Assembly: GCF_009914755.1 (NCBI RefSeq)
Contig: NC_060927.1
Reading direction: 5' to 3' (one strand)
From: the human T2T-CHM13v2.0 reference genome, Homo sapiens
Length of the DNA stretch: 64,000 nt
A program made the position numbers and the translations under genes. Under the pieces are notes generated by a model, which was not told the DNA's origin, ran no database searches, and was given only the letters and a program-made list of their open reading frames with translations. The stretch's first letter is position 1. Each line of letters begins with the position of its first letter. Below are positions 1 to 12,830 of this stretch, in pieces.

Positions 1-21
1 AATAATTTATTTTAGTCTAGC

Positions 22-224
22 ACAAGAGTTACAACGTATGAACTGCTGGACAAATTTAGCCCGCTGCCTGATTTTGTTTGACCTGAAAGCATAGAATGAT
101 TTTTACATTTTCAAAGAGTAGTACAATTTTTTTTTAAATGACCGCTTGTCAGAAGTCTATGTGGCTCACAAAACCTTAAATATTTATTACATGGTCCTTT
201 ACAGAAAAAATTTCTATGACTCCT
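22..224. mobile_element. MER58-like hAT-Charlie DNA transposon remnant
   Basis: Contains ...aaaccttaaatatttattacatggtcctttacagaaaaaa..., close to the MER58 terminal segment. Confidence 0.6.
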
Positions 225-231
225 GATCTAG

Positions 232-347
232 TATGTTGGTTCAAGGTCAAACACCTTACTAGATATATATACTCTTGGATGAGTTACTAAAAATTTTTTG
301 TGTCCCAGGTTCATCATCTGTAAAATGGAGGCTTTAATAATTCCTAC
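232..347 (+). mobile_element. MIR fragment, split by an LTR insertion and resuming near 992
   Basis: MIR core ttcatcatctgtaaaatggag...aataattcctac; continuation ttaccacataggtt after the LTR. Confidence 0.65.
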
Positions 348-991
348 TGTTGCAGTCTCCCCAATCCACCTTAATGTAGCAGTTTCTCATTTTCTGAACT
401 AATATCCGGGGTTCTTTTTCCTATGTCCAAGAAAACTAAGGAACGTGGACACAAAGGTGAGGTTGCAGTGCAAGTTTAATAAGCGAATGAAGAAAGCTGT
501 CTGCAGTAAAGAGGGGAGTCCAAGTGGGATGCCAGGTTATAGCTGAATTCAAAAGCTTTTTATAAGAAACTCCTCTCATCTCTGTAGCAGTTTCAGTAAC
601 TTCTCTTACCACTAAAGCTGTCTGTGGAACTCCCCTTATCTTATGCAGCTGTGAGTATGTCTCTAGGCAAGCATAAATTGCCACTTCTCTTGTTTATATA
701 ACTGTATGTTTGTTTTAGGTAAGCCCCCTCCTCCTTGTGCCAGTTTCCGTGGAGCCCACTGTATATATGCCTGAAAAGGGGAGGAAACTTTTTCCTAGTA
801 ATTTGCTATACAAAGAACAATGGGCTTCTGTGCTGGACCTTGTCTGCTTATCTGTGTGCAGGTGCAGCCTGAGTTTTTTTCCCAGGTTGTTTAATTTTTC
901 CCAGGTTGTTTTAATTTTTGCTGTGACTTTTCAGGCAAGCTGCTTCTGCAGTCTGTTTTCCCCAAATGATTTTTCCTTTCTTTCTCTGTCG
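348..991 (-). mobile_element. ERV1-class solo LTR (subfamily uncertain), same family as 62184-62816
   Basis: TG at left end, degenerate 4-bp TSD ctac/ttac, reverse-complement similarity to 62184-62816 (e.g. aaagcttttataagaaactcctctcatctctgtagc). Confidence 0.75.
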
Positions 992-1382
992 TTACCACAT
1001 AGGTTCATTATGATGACATCCAAATTTACATTTGCACATTTCTTCAAGTGTAGAAGAAATTGATAAATGTTGGCCCATATTGAATATTTGGTGGCAATAT
1101 AACCTATAAAGTAAGTCATTTGATCCTCATTGAAGCAATCTGATTTTACAAAAAGAGTAACTTTTTAGATATTAATGAGATTCTTTAAAAAACTAGGTAA
1201 ATATATTAATAAAATTAATAAAAAAATTAAGTTTATATATGTATCTGTGTGCATTGCTGTATTACTATATATTCACATTATATATATATGCTCATGCATA
1301 TATTCACAAATTATTATATATACATATACAATATATGCTCATATATTGTTATATAGATGCTCATTATATACACAGAACATTG

Positions 1383-4300
1383 TTTTATTTTTAATTTTGC
1401 AGGGACATAGATGTATATATTTATAATTTACATGAGATATCTTGATACAGTCATATGATATATAATAATTACGTCAGGATAAATGGGGCATCCATCACTT
1501 CAATAATTTATGCTTTCTTTGTGTTATAAACAACTCAATTATACTCGTTTAGTTGTTTTAAAATGTGCAATGAATTATAGTTGACTGTAGTCACTCTGTT
1601 GTGCTATCAAATACAAGATCTTAATCATTCTCATTTTTGAACCCATTAACTAATCTCCCTTAACTTCCCACCCTACTACCCTTCCCAGCCTCTGGTAACA
1701 ATTATTCTACTCTATATCTCCATAAGTACAATTGTTTTAATTTTTATTTCCTAGAAATAAGTGAGAACGTGCAAAGCCAGGCATGTCTTTCGGTGCCTGG
1801 CTTATTTCATGTAACATAATGACCTCCAGTTTCATCTATGTTGTTGCAAATGACAGGTCTTATTTCTTTTTATGACTCAACAGTACTTCACTGTGTATAT
1901 ATACCACATTTTCCTTATTCAAACATCTGTTGTTGCACATTAGGTTCCTTCCAAGCCTTGGACATTGTGAATGGTGCTGGAAAAAACATGAGAATGCAGG
2001 TATCTCTTAGATATACTGATTTCCTTTCTTTGGAGTACATGCCTAGCAGTGGGATTACTTGTTCCTATGCTATCTCTATTTTTAGGGGTTTTTTTTATTT
2101 TTATTTTTTGAGAAACCTGCAAACTTCTGCCATAGTCGTTGTATTAATTTACATTCTCACCATGTACAAGGGTTTTTCTCCACATCCTTTCCGGCATTTG
2201 TTACCTGTTTTTGGGTGAGATTAACTAGGGTGAGATTATATCTCATTGTAGTTTTAATTTGCATTTCTCTGATGATCAGTGACATTGACCACCTTTTAAT
2301 AATGTGTTTGCCATTTATATATATTCTTTTCAGAAACATCTATTCAGATATTTTGCCCATTTTTTCATTGGATTATTACATTTTTTCCTATACAGTTGCT
2401 TGAGATCCTTATATATTCTAGTTATTAATTCCTTGCCATCTGGATAGTTTGCAAATATTTTCTCCTATTTTGTGGGTTGCCTCTTCATTTTGGTGATTGT
2501 TTCCTTTGCTGCATAGAAGTTTTTTAGCTTCATGTGATCCCATTTGTCCATTTTTGCTTTGGTTGCCTGTGCTTGTATATTATTATTCAAGAAATCTTTG
2601 CCCAGTCCAGTGTTCTTGAGAAGACATGGACTTCTACTAGTTTCATAATTTGAGGTCTTAGATTTAAGACTTTAATTTATTTTGACTTGATTTTTGTATA
2701 TGGTGAGAGATAGGTGTCTAATTTCATTTCTCTGCATGAGAATATCCAGTTTTCCTTACATAATTTATTGAAGATACTGTCATTTCCCCAATTGATGTTC
2801 TTGGCACCTTTGTTGAAAATCAGTTCACTGAAGGTGTATGAATTTGTTTCTGGGTTCTCTATTCTGTTTTATTGGTCCATGTGTCTGTTTTTCTGCCAGT
2901 ATCATGCTGCTTTGGTTTCTATAGCTCTGTGGTATAATTTGAAGTCAGGGAATGTGATTCTTTCAGTCTTTTTCTTTTTGCTCTGGAGAGCTTTGGCTGT
3001 TCTGGATCTTTTATGGTTCCATATACATTTTATGATTTTATTTCTATTTCTGTGAAGAATGTTATTGGTATTTTGAAATGGATTGAATTGAATATATGAA
3101 TTACTTTGGGTAGTATAAACATTTTAACAATATTAATCCATCCAATCCATGAACATGAGATAGCTTTCATTTTTTCTGTGTTCTGTTAAATTTCTTCCTA
3201 AATTTGTCTTATACTTTTCATTGCAGAGATCCTTCACTTCTTTGGTTAATTTCAAAGTATTTTATTTTATTAATAGCTATTGTAAATGGGATTACTTTTC
3301 TCATTTCTTTTGCAGATTACTTGCTGTTTGCATATAGAAATGCTTCTGTTATTTTCATGTTGATTTTGGATCCTGCTAATTTACTTTGTCAGTTCTAATA
3401 GGGTTTTTTTTTTTTTTTTTTTTTTTTTAGTGAAGTGTTTAGGTTTTTCCAAATATAAGATTATATTATCTGCAAATAAGGATAATTTGACTTCTTATTT
3501 TCCAATCTGGATGCCTTTATTTTGTTTTCTTATCTGATTGCTCTAGATAGGACTTCCAGTACTATGTGGAATAACAGTGGTGAAAGGGGATATCCTTGTC
3601 ATGGTCCAGATTCTAGAGGAGAGACTCAGTTATCCCCCATTCAGCATGATACTGTGGGTGTGACATATATGACTTTTATCGTGTTGAGTTATGTTCCTTC
3701 TATACCCAGCTTTTAGAAGTTGTTTATCATAAAGAGATATTGAATTTTATCAAATGCTCTTCAGCATCAATTGAAATGATCATATGGTTTTCATTCTTTA
3801 TTCTGTTGATATGACATATGACATTGATTGATTTGCATATGTTGAACTATCCTTGCATTGCTAGGATAAATCCCACTAGGTTCTGATGAATCTTTTTAAG
3901 GTGTTGTTGAATCCAGTTTGCTAGTACTTTGTTGAGGATTTTTGCATCGATGTTCACCAAGGATATTAGTCTACAGTTTTCTTTTTTATACGTGCCTTTG
4001 TCTAGTTTTAGTATCAGTGTAATACTAGCCACGTAGAATAAGTTTGGAAGCATATATTTTTTGTCTGTTATTCATAACAGTTTGAGTAGGATTGGTATTT
4101 ATTGTGTTTTTCTTTTTTTTAAGTTTGGTAAAATTCAGCAATGGAAGCCATCAGTTCCTGGGCTTTTCTTTACTTGGAGACTTTTTTCACTACATCTTTG
4201 ATCTTGTTGCTTCTTATTTGTCTGTTCAGATTTTGGATTTCTTCATGCTTCAGTCTTGGTAGGTTGTATGTGTCTAGAAATTTGTCTGTTTCTTCTAGGT

Positions 4301-5316
4301 TTTTCAGTGTATTGACATGTAGTTGCTCATAGTAGCCTCTTATGATTCTTTCAATTTTTGACAGTATTGGTTCTAATGTCTCCTTTTTTATCTCTGATTT
4401 TATTTATTTGGGTCTTCTCTCTGTTTTTCTTACTTAGCCTGGCTAAAAGTTTGCCAATTTTGTTTATCTTTCCAAACAAGCAGTTTCAGTTTCATTGATT
4501 TTTTGTATTATTTTCTTCATTTAAATTTTATTTATTTTTGCTCTTATCTTTATTATTAATTTTATTTCACTAATTTTGCATTTGCTTTGCTCTTGCTTTT
4601 CTAATTCTTTAAGATGCATTGTTACGTTGTTTATTTGAAGGGTTTTTTTTCCTTCTTTTTATCTTTATGATGTAGGCACTTACAAATAAACTTTTGTCTT
4701 AGTACTGTTTTTGCTGTATTTGATAGGTTTAGGTATGTTGTGTTTCCATTATTATTTGTACCAAGAAAGTTTAATTTCCTTTCTAAATTTCTTCATTGAC
4801 ACCCTGGTCATTCAGGAAAACATTGCTTAATTTCCATGTGTTTGTATAATTTCCAAAATTCCTCTTGTTATCGATTTCTAGTTTTTTTCCATTTTGATCA
4901 GAGAAGAGACTTGACATAATTTCAAATTTTTGAATTTTTAAGACTTGCTTTGTGGCCTGAATATTGTTTATGCTTGAGAATGAACCATGTGCTGAGGAGA
5001 AGAATGTGGATTATGTAGCCATTAGATGACATGTTTTTAAAATATCTATTAGGTCTATTTGGTCTATAGTAGAGATTATGTCAGATATTTCTCTGTTGCT
5101 TTTCTGCCTGAATTATCTGTCCAATGCTAAAAGTGGAATATAGACATCTCCTGCTATTATTGTATAGGGTTTATCTCTCTCTTCAGCTCTGATGTCATTT
5201 GCTTTAATTTCTGGGTGAGCCGGTGTTGGGGCATATAATTTATAATTGTTGTATCCTCTGGCTGAGTTGACCCCTTTATCATTATATAATGACTTTCCGT
5301 GTCTCTTTTCATTGTT
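1383..5316 (-). mobile_element. Old L1 (L1MA2/3-like), 3'UTR plus degraded ORF2
   Basis: L1MA-type 3' end near 1383; ORF2 peptides on minus strand ([38 protein letters not shown]). Confidence 0.9.
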
Positions 5317-7539
5317 TTTACATTATTGTTAAAGATAGTCCTGCTACCCTGCAAAGAATACCAGAATTTATTCTTAATATCTAACTGTAACTTTGTACCT
5401 ATTTATCAGCCTCTCCCTATCCCATTAGCCCTTTGCCCTCCCCAGCCTCCCATAGCCACTATTCTACTCTCTACTATGAAATCATCTTTTTTAAACGCCA
5501 GATATGTGGTACTTTTCTTCTTTGCTTGGATTATTTCACTTAATATAAGGTCTTCTGGATTTTTCCAGGTTGTTATACATGATAAGACTTAGTTCTTTTT
5601 TTATGGCTAAATTGCATTGTATATTTATAAAACATATTTTTTATCATTTCATCCATTGATGAACACTTAGGTTGATGTTATATCTTTGTTGTTATGAATA
5701 GTGCTGCAATAAACATGGGAATGCGGGTATCTCTTTGAGGTGCTGATTTCCTTTCTTTTGGACATATACCCAGCTATGAGACTGTTGGATTATTTTGCAG
5801 TTTTATTGTTAAGTTTTTGAGTAAGTTTCATAATATTGTCAATAAGAGCTGCACTAATTTACACTCTCACATAAAAGTGTAGAAGAGTTCCCATTTATCC
5901 ACAGTCTTGCCAGCATTTGTTTCTGTTTTTGTATTGTTATTTTGATGATGGTTATTCTAACGGGGTAAAGTAATATCTCATTGTGGTTTTGATTTGCATA
6001 TCTCTAATGTTAAGTGATATTGAGAATTTTCCCATGTACTTGGCCATTTGTATGTCTTCTTTTGAGATTCTGATATTTTTATTCAAATCTTTTGCCCACT
6101 TTTTAATGAGATTCTTTATTTTTATTTTATTTTTCATTTTTTGCTTTTGAGTTGTTTCAGTTCTTGGTATATTTTAAATATTAGCCTCTTGTCAGATACA
6201 TAGTTTGGAAATATGTTATCCCATTCTGTGGGTTGCCTTTTTTTTTTTTTCTGTGCAGAAGCTTTTGAAATAATCTCATTTATTTGTTTTTACTTTTGTT
6301 TCCCATGCTTTTGAGGTCTTGTTTAAAAAAATCCCTGCCCAAATCAATCTCATGAAGAATTTTTCCCTGTGTGTTCCTGTAGTATTTTCATAGTTTGGGG
6401 TCTTATATTTAAGGGTTTAAATTATTTTGAATTGATTTTTGTAAGTGGTGAGAGATTAGTATAGTTTCATCATTTTAAAGTGGGTGTATAATTTTTCCTG
6501 TGACATTTACTGAAGAGACTCTCTTTCCATACCGTGTGTTCTTGGCATCTTTGTTGAAATCAGTTGCTGAAATGTGTGAATTTATTTTTGAATTTTCTAT
6601 TATGGTCCATTGGTCAATGTGTTTGTTGTTGTGTCATATTGTTTCTGTTATGATATTGTTATGTCATGTTGTTTTTTATCATGTTATTATGTCATGTTGT
6701 TTTGTTATCATTGTTTTGTAGCATATTTTAAAGACAAGTAGCATAATGCCTCCAATTTTGTTCTTTTTGCTCAAGATACCTTTGGATATTCAGGGTCTTT
6801 TGAAGTTCTATACAAATTTTGAGATTGTTTTCAGTATTTCTATAAAAAATGTTATTTGTATTTTGATAGGGGTTGCATTGAATCTGTCAATCCCTTTTGG
6901 TAGAATTGGCATTTAAAAATATTAATTCTTGTAATCTAGAAAAATGGGATATAATTTTATTTGTATTCTCCTCAATTTTTTTCATTAATATTTTATAGTT
7001 TTCCCTGTAGATGTGTTTTACCACCTTGGTTATATTTATTTTTTGTAGCTATAATAATATAATTACTTTCTTAATTTTTTTACATGATTTACTTCTGATG
7101 TATAGAACACTTAATTTTTATGTGATGATTTTTCCTGTTGCTTTACTGAATTTATTTATTTTTTTCTAACTATTTTTAGTGGGGTCTTTAAGGTTTTTTG
7201 TATATAATTTTATGTCACCTGAAAACAGACAATTTGACTTTCTCCTTTTCAACTTGGATCTCTTTATTTCTTTCTTCTGTCTGTTCGTTCTGGCTAGGTT
7301 TTCCAGTACTGCATTGAATAGAAGTGGTAAAAATTGGCATCCTTTTCTTGTTCCAGATCTTAGAGAAAAAGCTTTCAACTTTTCCCAATTCAGTATGATG
7401 TTAACTGTGGATTTCCATATAGTGACTTTATTCTGTTAAGGTACATTCTGTGTCTACTGAAATGATCGTATAGTTTTTGTCCTTCATTCTGTTAATGTTA
7501 TGTATCACATTTACTGATTTACCTATCTTGGCCTGGAGT

Positions 7540-7793
7540 TTTCTGGAGTGCAGTGCCTTGATCTCAGTTCACAACAACCTGTCTCCCTAGCTGAAGGGAT
7601 CCTTCCACCTCAGCCTCCCGAGTAGCTGGGGTTACAGGCACCTGTCATCATGCCCGGCTAATTTTTGTATTTTTAGTAGAGATGAGTTTCACCATGTTGG
7701 CCAGGCTGGTCTCAAACTCCTGACCTCAACTGATCCTCCAGCCTCAGCTGCCCAAAGTGCTGAGATTACAGGCATAAGCCACCATGCCTAGCC
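7540..7793 (-). mobile_element. Alu (AluJb-like) lacking its A-tail
   Basis: Both Alu arms recognisable; no poly-T at left end and adjacent L1 sequence is also missing. Confidence 0.85.
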
Positions 7794-8674
7794 TGATGGG
7801 ATACTCTTTCTTATTGATTCATTCTCATTATTATGTTTTTGTCTGTTCATGTTTTCTATTTTCTCATGATTCAGTCTTGGTAGGTTATATGTGGCCAGGA
7901 ATTTATCTACTTTTTTCATAGTTCTACAGTTTGTTAATATGTTGTTGTTCATAACAGACTCTAATGATGCTTTCTCTGGTACTTAGTTGTGATGTCTCAT
8001 TTTTTGTCTCAATTTTATTTGAGTTAACATTTTTTCTTAGTCTAGCCAAATGTTTTTTTATTTTGTTTATCTTTTCAAAAAACCATTTCTTTTATTGATC
8101 TTTTTATCTTTTCTTTAGTTTCAATTTTTTTTGCTCTTTTCTTTATTATTTATTTTCTTCTGTTACTGATAAGTTCAGTTTATTGTTGTTTTTCTAGTTC
8201 CTTGAGATGTAAAGTTAGGTTGCTTATTGTGAGACCTTTCTACTTATTTTATGTAGGCATTTATTGCTTTAAACTTTCCTCTTATAACTGGTTTTTCTGT
8301 ATCTCATAGGTTTTAGTGTGTTGTTTCCCTTTTCATTTGTGTCAATACATATTTACATTTGCTTTTCAATCTCTTCATTGACCCACTGGCTGTTCAGGAG
8401 GATTTTTTTTTATTTTTATGTATTTGTACAGTTTTTGAAGTTCCTCTTGTTATTGATTTCTAGTTTTTATTTTATTGCAATCAGAAAACATACTTGATAT
8501 GATTTCAGTTGTTTTAATTTGTTAAGACTTGTTTTGTAATCTAACATATAATCTATCCTGGAGAATGTTCCATATGTCATTGAGAAAAATGTGTGTTCTT
8601 TGGCCGTTGGATGGAATTTTCTGTAAATGTCCATTAGTTTCATTGTCTAAAGTGAGGTTAAACTCTGTCATTTC

Positions 8675-9299
8675 TGTTGGGGTAATCAGATCCAACACCA
8701 GGTTGTGGGGGCTATGAAGTCTGGCAGAGTCCAAGGAATGGGACAAGACAAGTTAAGAGTACATAGGGTGGGTCTAGGGGGCCAATGCTAGTATGGAGGC
8801 TGCGAAGACCCTGAGCTCTGGGAGACTACACCATTTATTGGTAATCAAACAAAGAAGCAGGTGGTGAGGACATGCGGACGTGGGGGTAGACAGGTGAGGA
8901 CATGAGGACGTGTGGGTAGAAAGGTAGCAATGCCTCAAATGTAGCTGTGATGGTTTAACATATGCTCTGCTACTTGAGATAAGGGAGAACAGGTTCTTCT
9001 AATTCAAGATACAATCAACTGATGATCTTTGGAGAGCAAGAAGCAAGGGGCCAGTGAGTCTGGGCACATTCCAGAGGCTAGGAGGGGGTTTTATGCCCTG
9101 AGCCCTGGGTTCTCTCCAAGCCACAAGGGGTTTTGTGCCCTGGGCTTAGATGTAGTGTGGCAGGGCAGCCTTCCACCCTTTGGCACAGAGTTTGGTGTTC
9201 CATAGGCCATGAGGGGTTTTAGACCCTGGACCCAGGACCTGTTCCAAGACTGTTTCACATTATGGCAGAGAAGCAAGCCCTGTCTCAGCCCTTCTACCA
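8675..9299 (-). mobile_element. ERVK solo LTR, LTR14B-like (HML-1 group)
   Basis: TG...CA ends; repeated cagggc(a/t)..aaaacccc motif and AATAAA on minus strand; inserted in L1 ORF2. Confidence 0.75.
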
Positions 9300-10061
9300 A
9301 TGGTTTCTTTGTTGATTTTCTGTCTGTATGGTCTGTCCATTGTTAAAAGTAGGGTGTTGAATTCCCCTGATATTAATTGTCACAGTCTATTTTTTGCTTT
9401 AGGTTTATTAATATTCACTTTATATATTTAGATGCTTTGATGTTGGGTGCAGGTATATTCATAATTGTTGTAACTCTTGCTGTGTTGACTTTTATCATTA
9501 TATAATGACTTTCTTTGTTTCTGTTTACTGTTTTGGCTTAAGTCTATTTATCTGTTACAGGTATATCTACTCCTGCTTACTTTTGTTTTCCATTGCATGG
9601 AATATCACTTTCTATCTCTTTACTTTCAGCCAGTGCATGTCCTTACAGGTTAAGTGATTCTCTTGTAGGCAGCACATAGTTGAGTCTTTTAAAAAAAAAT
9701 CTCTTCAGCCATTCTGTCTTTTAACTGAGAATTTAATCCATTTACATTCAAGGCAATTATTGATGTGTAGGAGTTTACTATTGCCATTTTGTTGTTTGTT
9801 TTCTAGTTGCCTTATAGATCGTATCTTTTTTTTCTTCTTTTTTTAAAACTGTGTCCGGAATTGGTTCCTTCTGGTGAGTTCTTGGTCTTGCTAACTTCAA
9901 GAATGAAGCCACGGACCCTTGCAGTGAGTGTTACAGTTCTTAAAGATGGAGTGTCTGGAGTTTGTTCCTTCAGATGTTCAGATGTGTCCAGAGTTTCTTC
10001 CTTCTGGTGGGTTCATGGTCTTCCCGACCTCAGGAGTGAAGCCACAGACCTTAGCAGTGAG

Positions 10062-11068
10062 TCAGGTGACACGGGAGTATATTTTCTTAAGGTCTCCCAT
10101 AGCCGCTCAAGGAAGGCCGAAGGATTTTCTTCCTTTCCCTGAGTTATCGTAGACATCATTGAATAATTCATGGACTTTTTCCTAATTCTTCTTAGTCCTT
10201 CTAGAACACAGGTCAACAGATGTTTATGACTCCCGTCCCCATGATCTGAGTCGAGGTCCCAGTGGGGATCCATACTGGGGATGGCTTTCTGACTGGTAGG
10301 GAATTTGTCCATTTCTTCGGCTGTTATTCTGTCATTTACTTGACTAAGATACCAGGTATCTCCAAACTCTCGGGCTGCAGCTAAAGCCACATTATTTTCA
10401 TTAAAGGCTAGAATTTGATCTAACAATAGCATGACATCTCTCCAAGTGAGATCGAAGGTTTGCCTTAGACCCTGTAGGACATCTATGTACCTATCAGGAT
10501 CATCTGAAAACTTCCCCAGGTCTGACTTGATCTATTGTAAATCAGAGAGGGAGAAAGGGACATGTACCCAGGTTGGGCCAAATTCCCCTCCCTCTGCAGC
10601 TTGAAGGGTACATAACCGATAGCCCGGTGGTGGGGGCTGTGGTCCTTTGGAGATTTCTTTGTTTATTTCCTTCTGGGCAGGGGAGATTAGATGAGGCTTA
10701 TCATTAATAGGAAGGGGAGCTATAGGGAGGCTAGGATATGGGGGTAAGCTGAGAGGTCCTTGTGTGGGATGTAAATTGCAAGCTTTGCATAGTTGTTTAT
10801 TCTCCTTCAATGAAAAGAAAGCTTTGACATAAGGCACTTTACTCCATTTGCCTTCCCTCTTACAGAAAAGGTCAAGCTGCAGGATAGTATGGTAATTTAT
10901 ACTTCCCTCAGGTGGCCATTTTTCACCATCAGAGAGAGAATATTGGGGTCAAGCTGTAGTGCAGAAAAAAATGAGCTGCCTCTTTTTTAGGGTTTGCGGA
11001 TCAAATTGGTTCCAATGACTTAAGATGCATTTCAAGGGTGAACCTGTTGATGCCTGAGTGTTTCCCAT
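10062..11068 (-). pseudogene. gag: ERV9 gag remnant (MA, CA; stops and frameshifts; truncated in CA C-terminus)
   Basis: [19 protein letters not shown] start; PPYP late-domain-like motif; MHR-like ITQGKEENPSAFLERL. Confidence 0.9.
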
Positions 11069-12187
11069 CTGAAAGACAAAACCACTCGTGGTTTTGGTTT
11101 GTTTCTCCCTCTGCCCAAGAACCCGCAGCAGTCCCTGGACCCTGCTAATTGGAATAGTTGCGCTCACCGAAGCAGCAGCAGAAACACCTCTTGACCAAGA
11201 ACCCTCAACAGTCCCTGGACCCTGCTGATCAGAATAGTTGCGCTTACGAATGCAGCAGCAGTTTTCCTCCTAGACCACAAGGAGGACTGAAGAAGGTCAG
11301 ATTTAGTGGCCTTTACCGATGCATTCTCGAAAACCTGCACCCTTGCCTGTCCTCCTAGACCTATAAAGATGTTATGCCCCAAAAATGAAGTGGAGGGCCA
11401 TACCCTGAGGGAGGGGAGGGATCTCCAGAGTTGGAAGTGTGATGCCTTTTTGTTCTCACTCATATGAATAGGAAGGATATCATTTCTGAAGCTCTCCATA
11501 TCCTAGCTTCTGGAGTAGCTTTTGTTAGGCGGGCTTGTCTGAGGAGGGATCCTAAAATTCCAGATAGTCCCCCGCCCTGACGGGGCTTTGGGCAAAAATT
11601 ATGTCTTTCTGATTGGTGAACCCAGGTGCCTAAAGAAGATAACAGAGTCCTGGAGTTTATATTAGAAATCATTATTACAGGAGAAACTAGAAAAGCACCA
11701 GAGACAGGGAGTGGTTTTTAGAAGTGGGACTGGCCTCGGAGAAGAGAGGCGAGAGGAAGTTTGTCTGACAGGCAATTAGGACCCAGGAGACAAGGGTCAG
11801 GATAGATAGGATAGATGGTGGGTCTCGCTTGGGCGACATGACTTTGAGAGTTCTGCTCATGGCCGCAGGGTCAATCAACTTGCTGTCAGGACCCCGGAGC
11901 TGAATGGCTTTCTTCTCTGTTGACCCTCGGCTCAGCTCAGAAGTAAAGGAAAAGCAGAAGCTGGTTCCAGGCAAACCAAATGCTCCCAACTCCAAAGAGT
12001 TGGGGGTTGTTAGAGAGCCCTTTCCCAGAAAGCCTGACACCTTTGTCTTTAGTCCGGTGGCTGTGCTAGTCACTTTTAAGTGGCCGACAGGTGCCCGGTA
12101 TTTAGCCCCCGGAATTCTAAGGAAAAATAGGACAGACTAGCAAGTGAAAGGGGTCTGATGGTACTCACCACTTGGCAAAATGCGATA

Positions 12188-12205
12188 GTCCCATCTGGGT
12201 CGCCA
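12188..12205 (-). promoter_or_regulatory. Primer-binding site complementary to tRNA-Arg
   Basis: Plus strand gtcccatctgggtcgcca matches the remembered 3' 18 nt of a human tRNA-Arg(CCG); 3 nt from the 5' LTR; splice donor tg|gtgagt just downstream (12161-12170). Confidence 0.85.
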
Positions 12206-12539
12206 AAATGTGTCTGGAATTGGTTCCTTCTGGTGGGTTCTTGGTCTGGCTGACTTCAAGAATGAAGCCACAGACCCTCGCAGTGAGTGTTACGGTTATT
12301 CGCAGTGAGTGTTATAGCTCTTAAAGCTGGAGCATCCAGAGTTGTTCGTTCCTCCCAGTGGGTTCATGGTCTTGCTGGCTTCAGGAGTGAAGCTGCAGAC
12401 CTTCACAGTGAATGTTACCACTCATAAACGTAGTGTGGACCCAAAGAGTGAGCAGCAGCAAGATTTATTGCAAAGAGTGAGAGAACAAAGCTTCCAAAGG
12501 GTAGAAGGGGACCCAAGCGGGTTGCTGCTGCTGGCTCGG

Positions 12540-12830
12540 GTGGCCAGCTTTTATTCCTTTATTTGGCCCCACCCACATCCTGCTGATTGGTCCATTTTAC
12601 AGAGAGCTGACTGGTCCATTTGACAGAGAGCTGATTGGTCCGTTTTTACAGAGTGCTGATTGGTGCGTTTACAAACCTTAGCTAGACACAGAGCGCTAAT
12701 TGGTGCATTTACAATCTTTAGCTAGACAGAAAAGTTCCCCAAATCCCCACCCAATTAGCTAGACATAGAGCACTGATTGGTGTGTTTGCAAACTTTTAGC
12801 TAGACACAGAGTGCTGATTGGCGCATTTAC
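12540..12830 (-). promoter_or_regulatory. LTR12 U3 enhancer/promoter with tandem CCAAT (NF-Y) boxes
   Basis: Five intact plus two degenerate ctgattgg motifs, followed by the AATAAA-type TATA box of LTR12. Confidence 0.8.

Noticed and set aside
1175-1426. 83-aa ORF
   Set aside because: AT-rich low-complexity sequence next to an L1 tail.
11115-11262. ~79-bp tandem duplication in ERV9 leader
   Set aside because: Appears to be an ordinary feature of ERV9 leaders rather than locus-specific; not verified.
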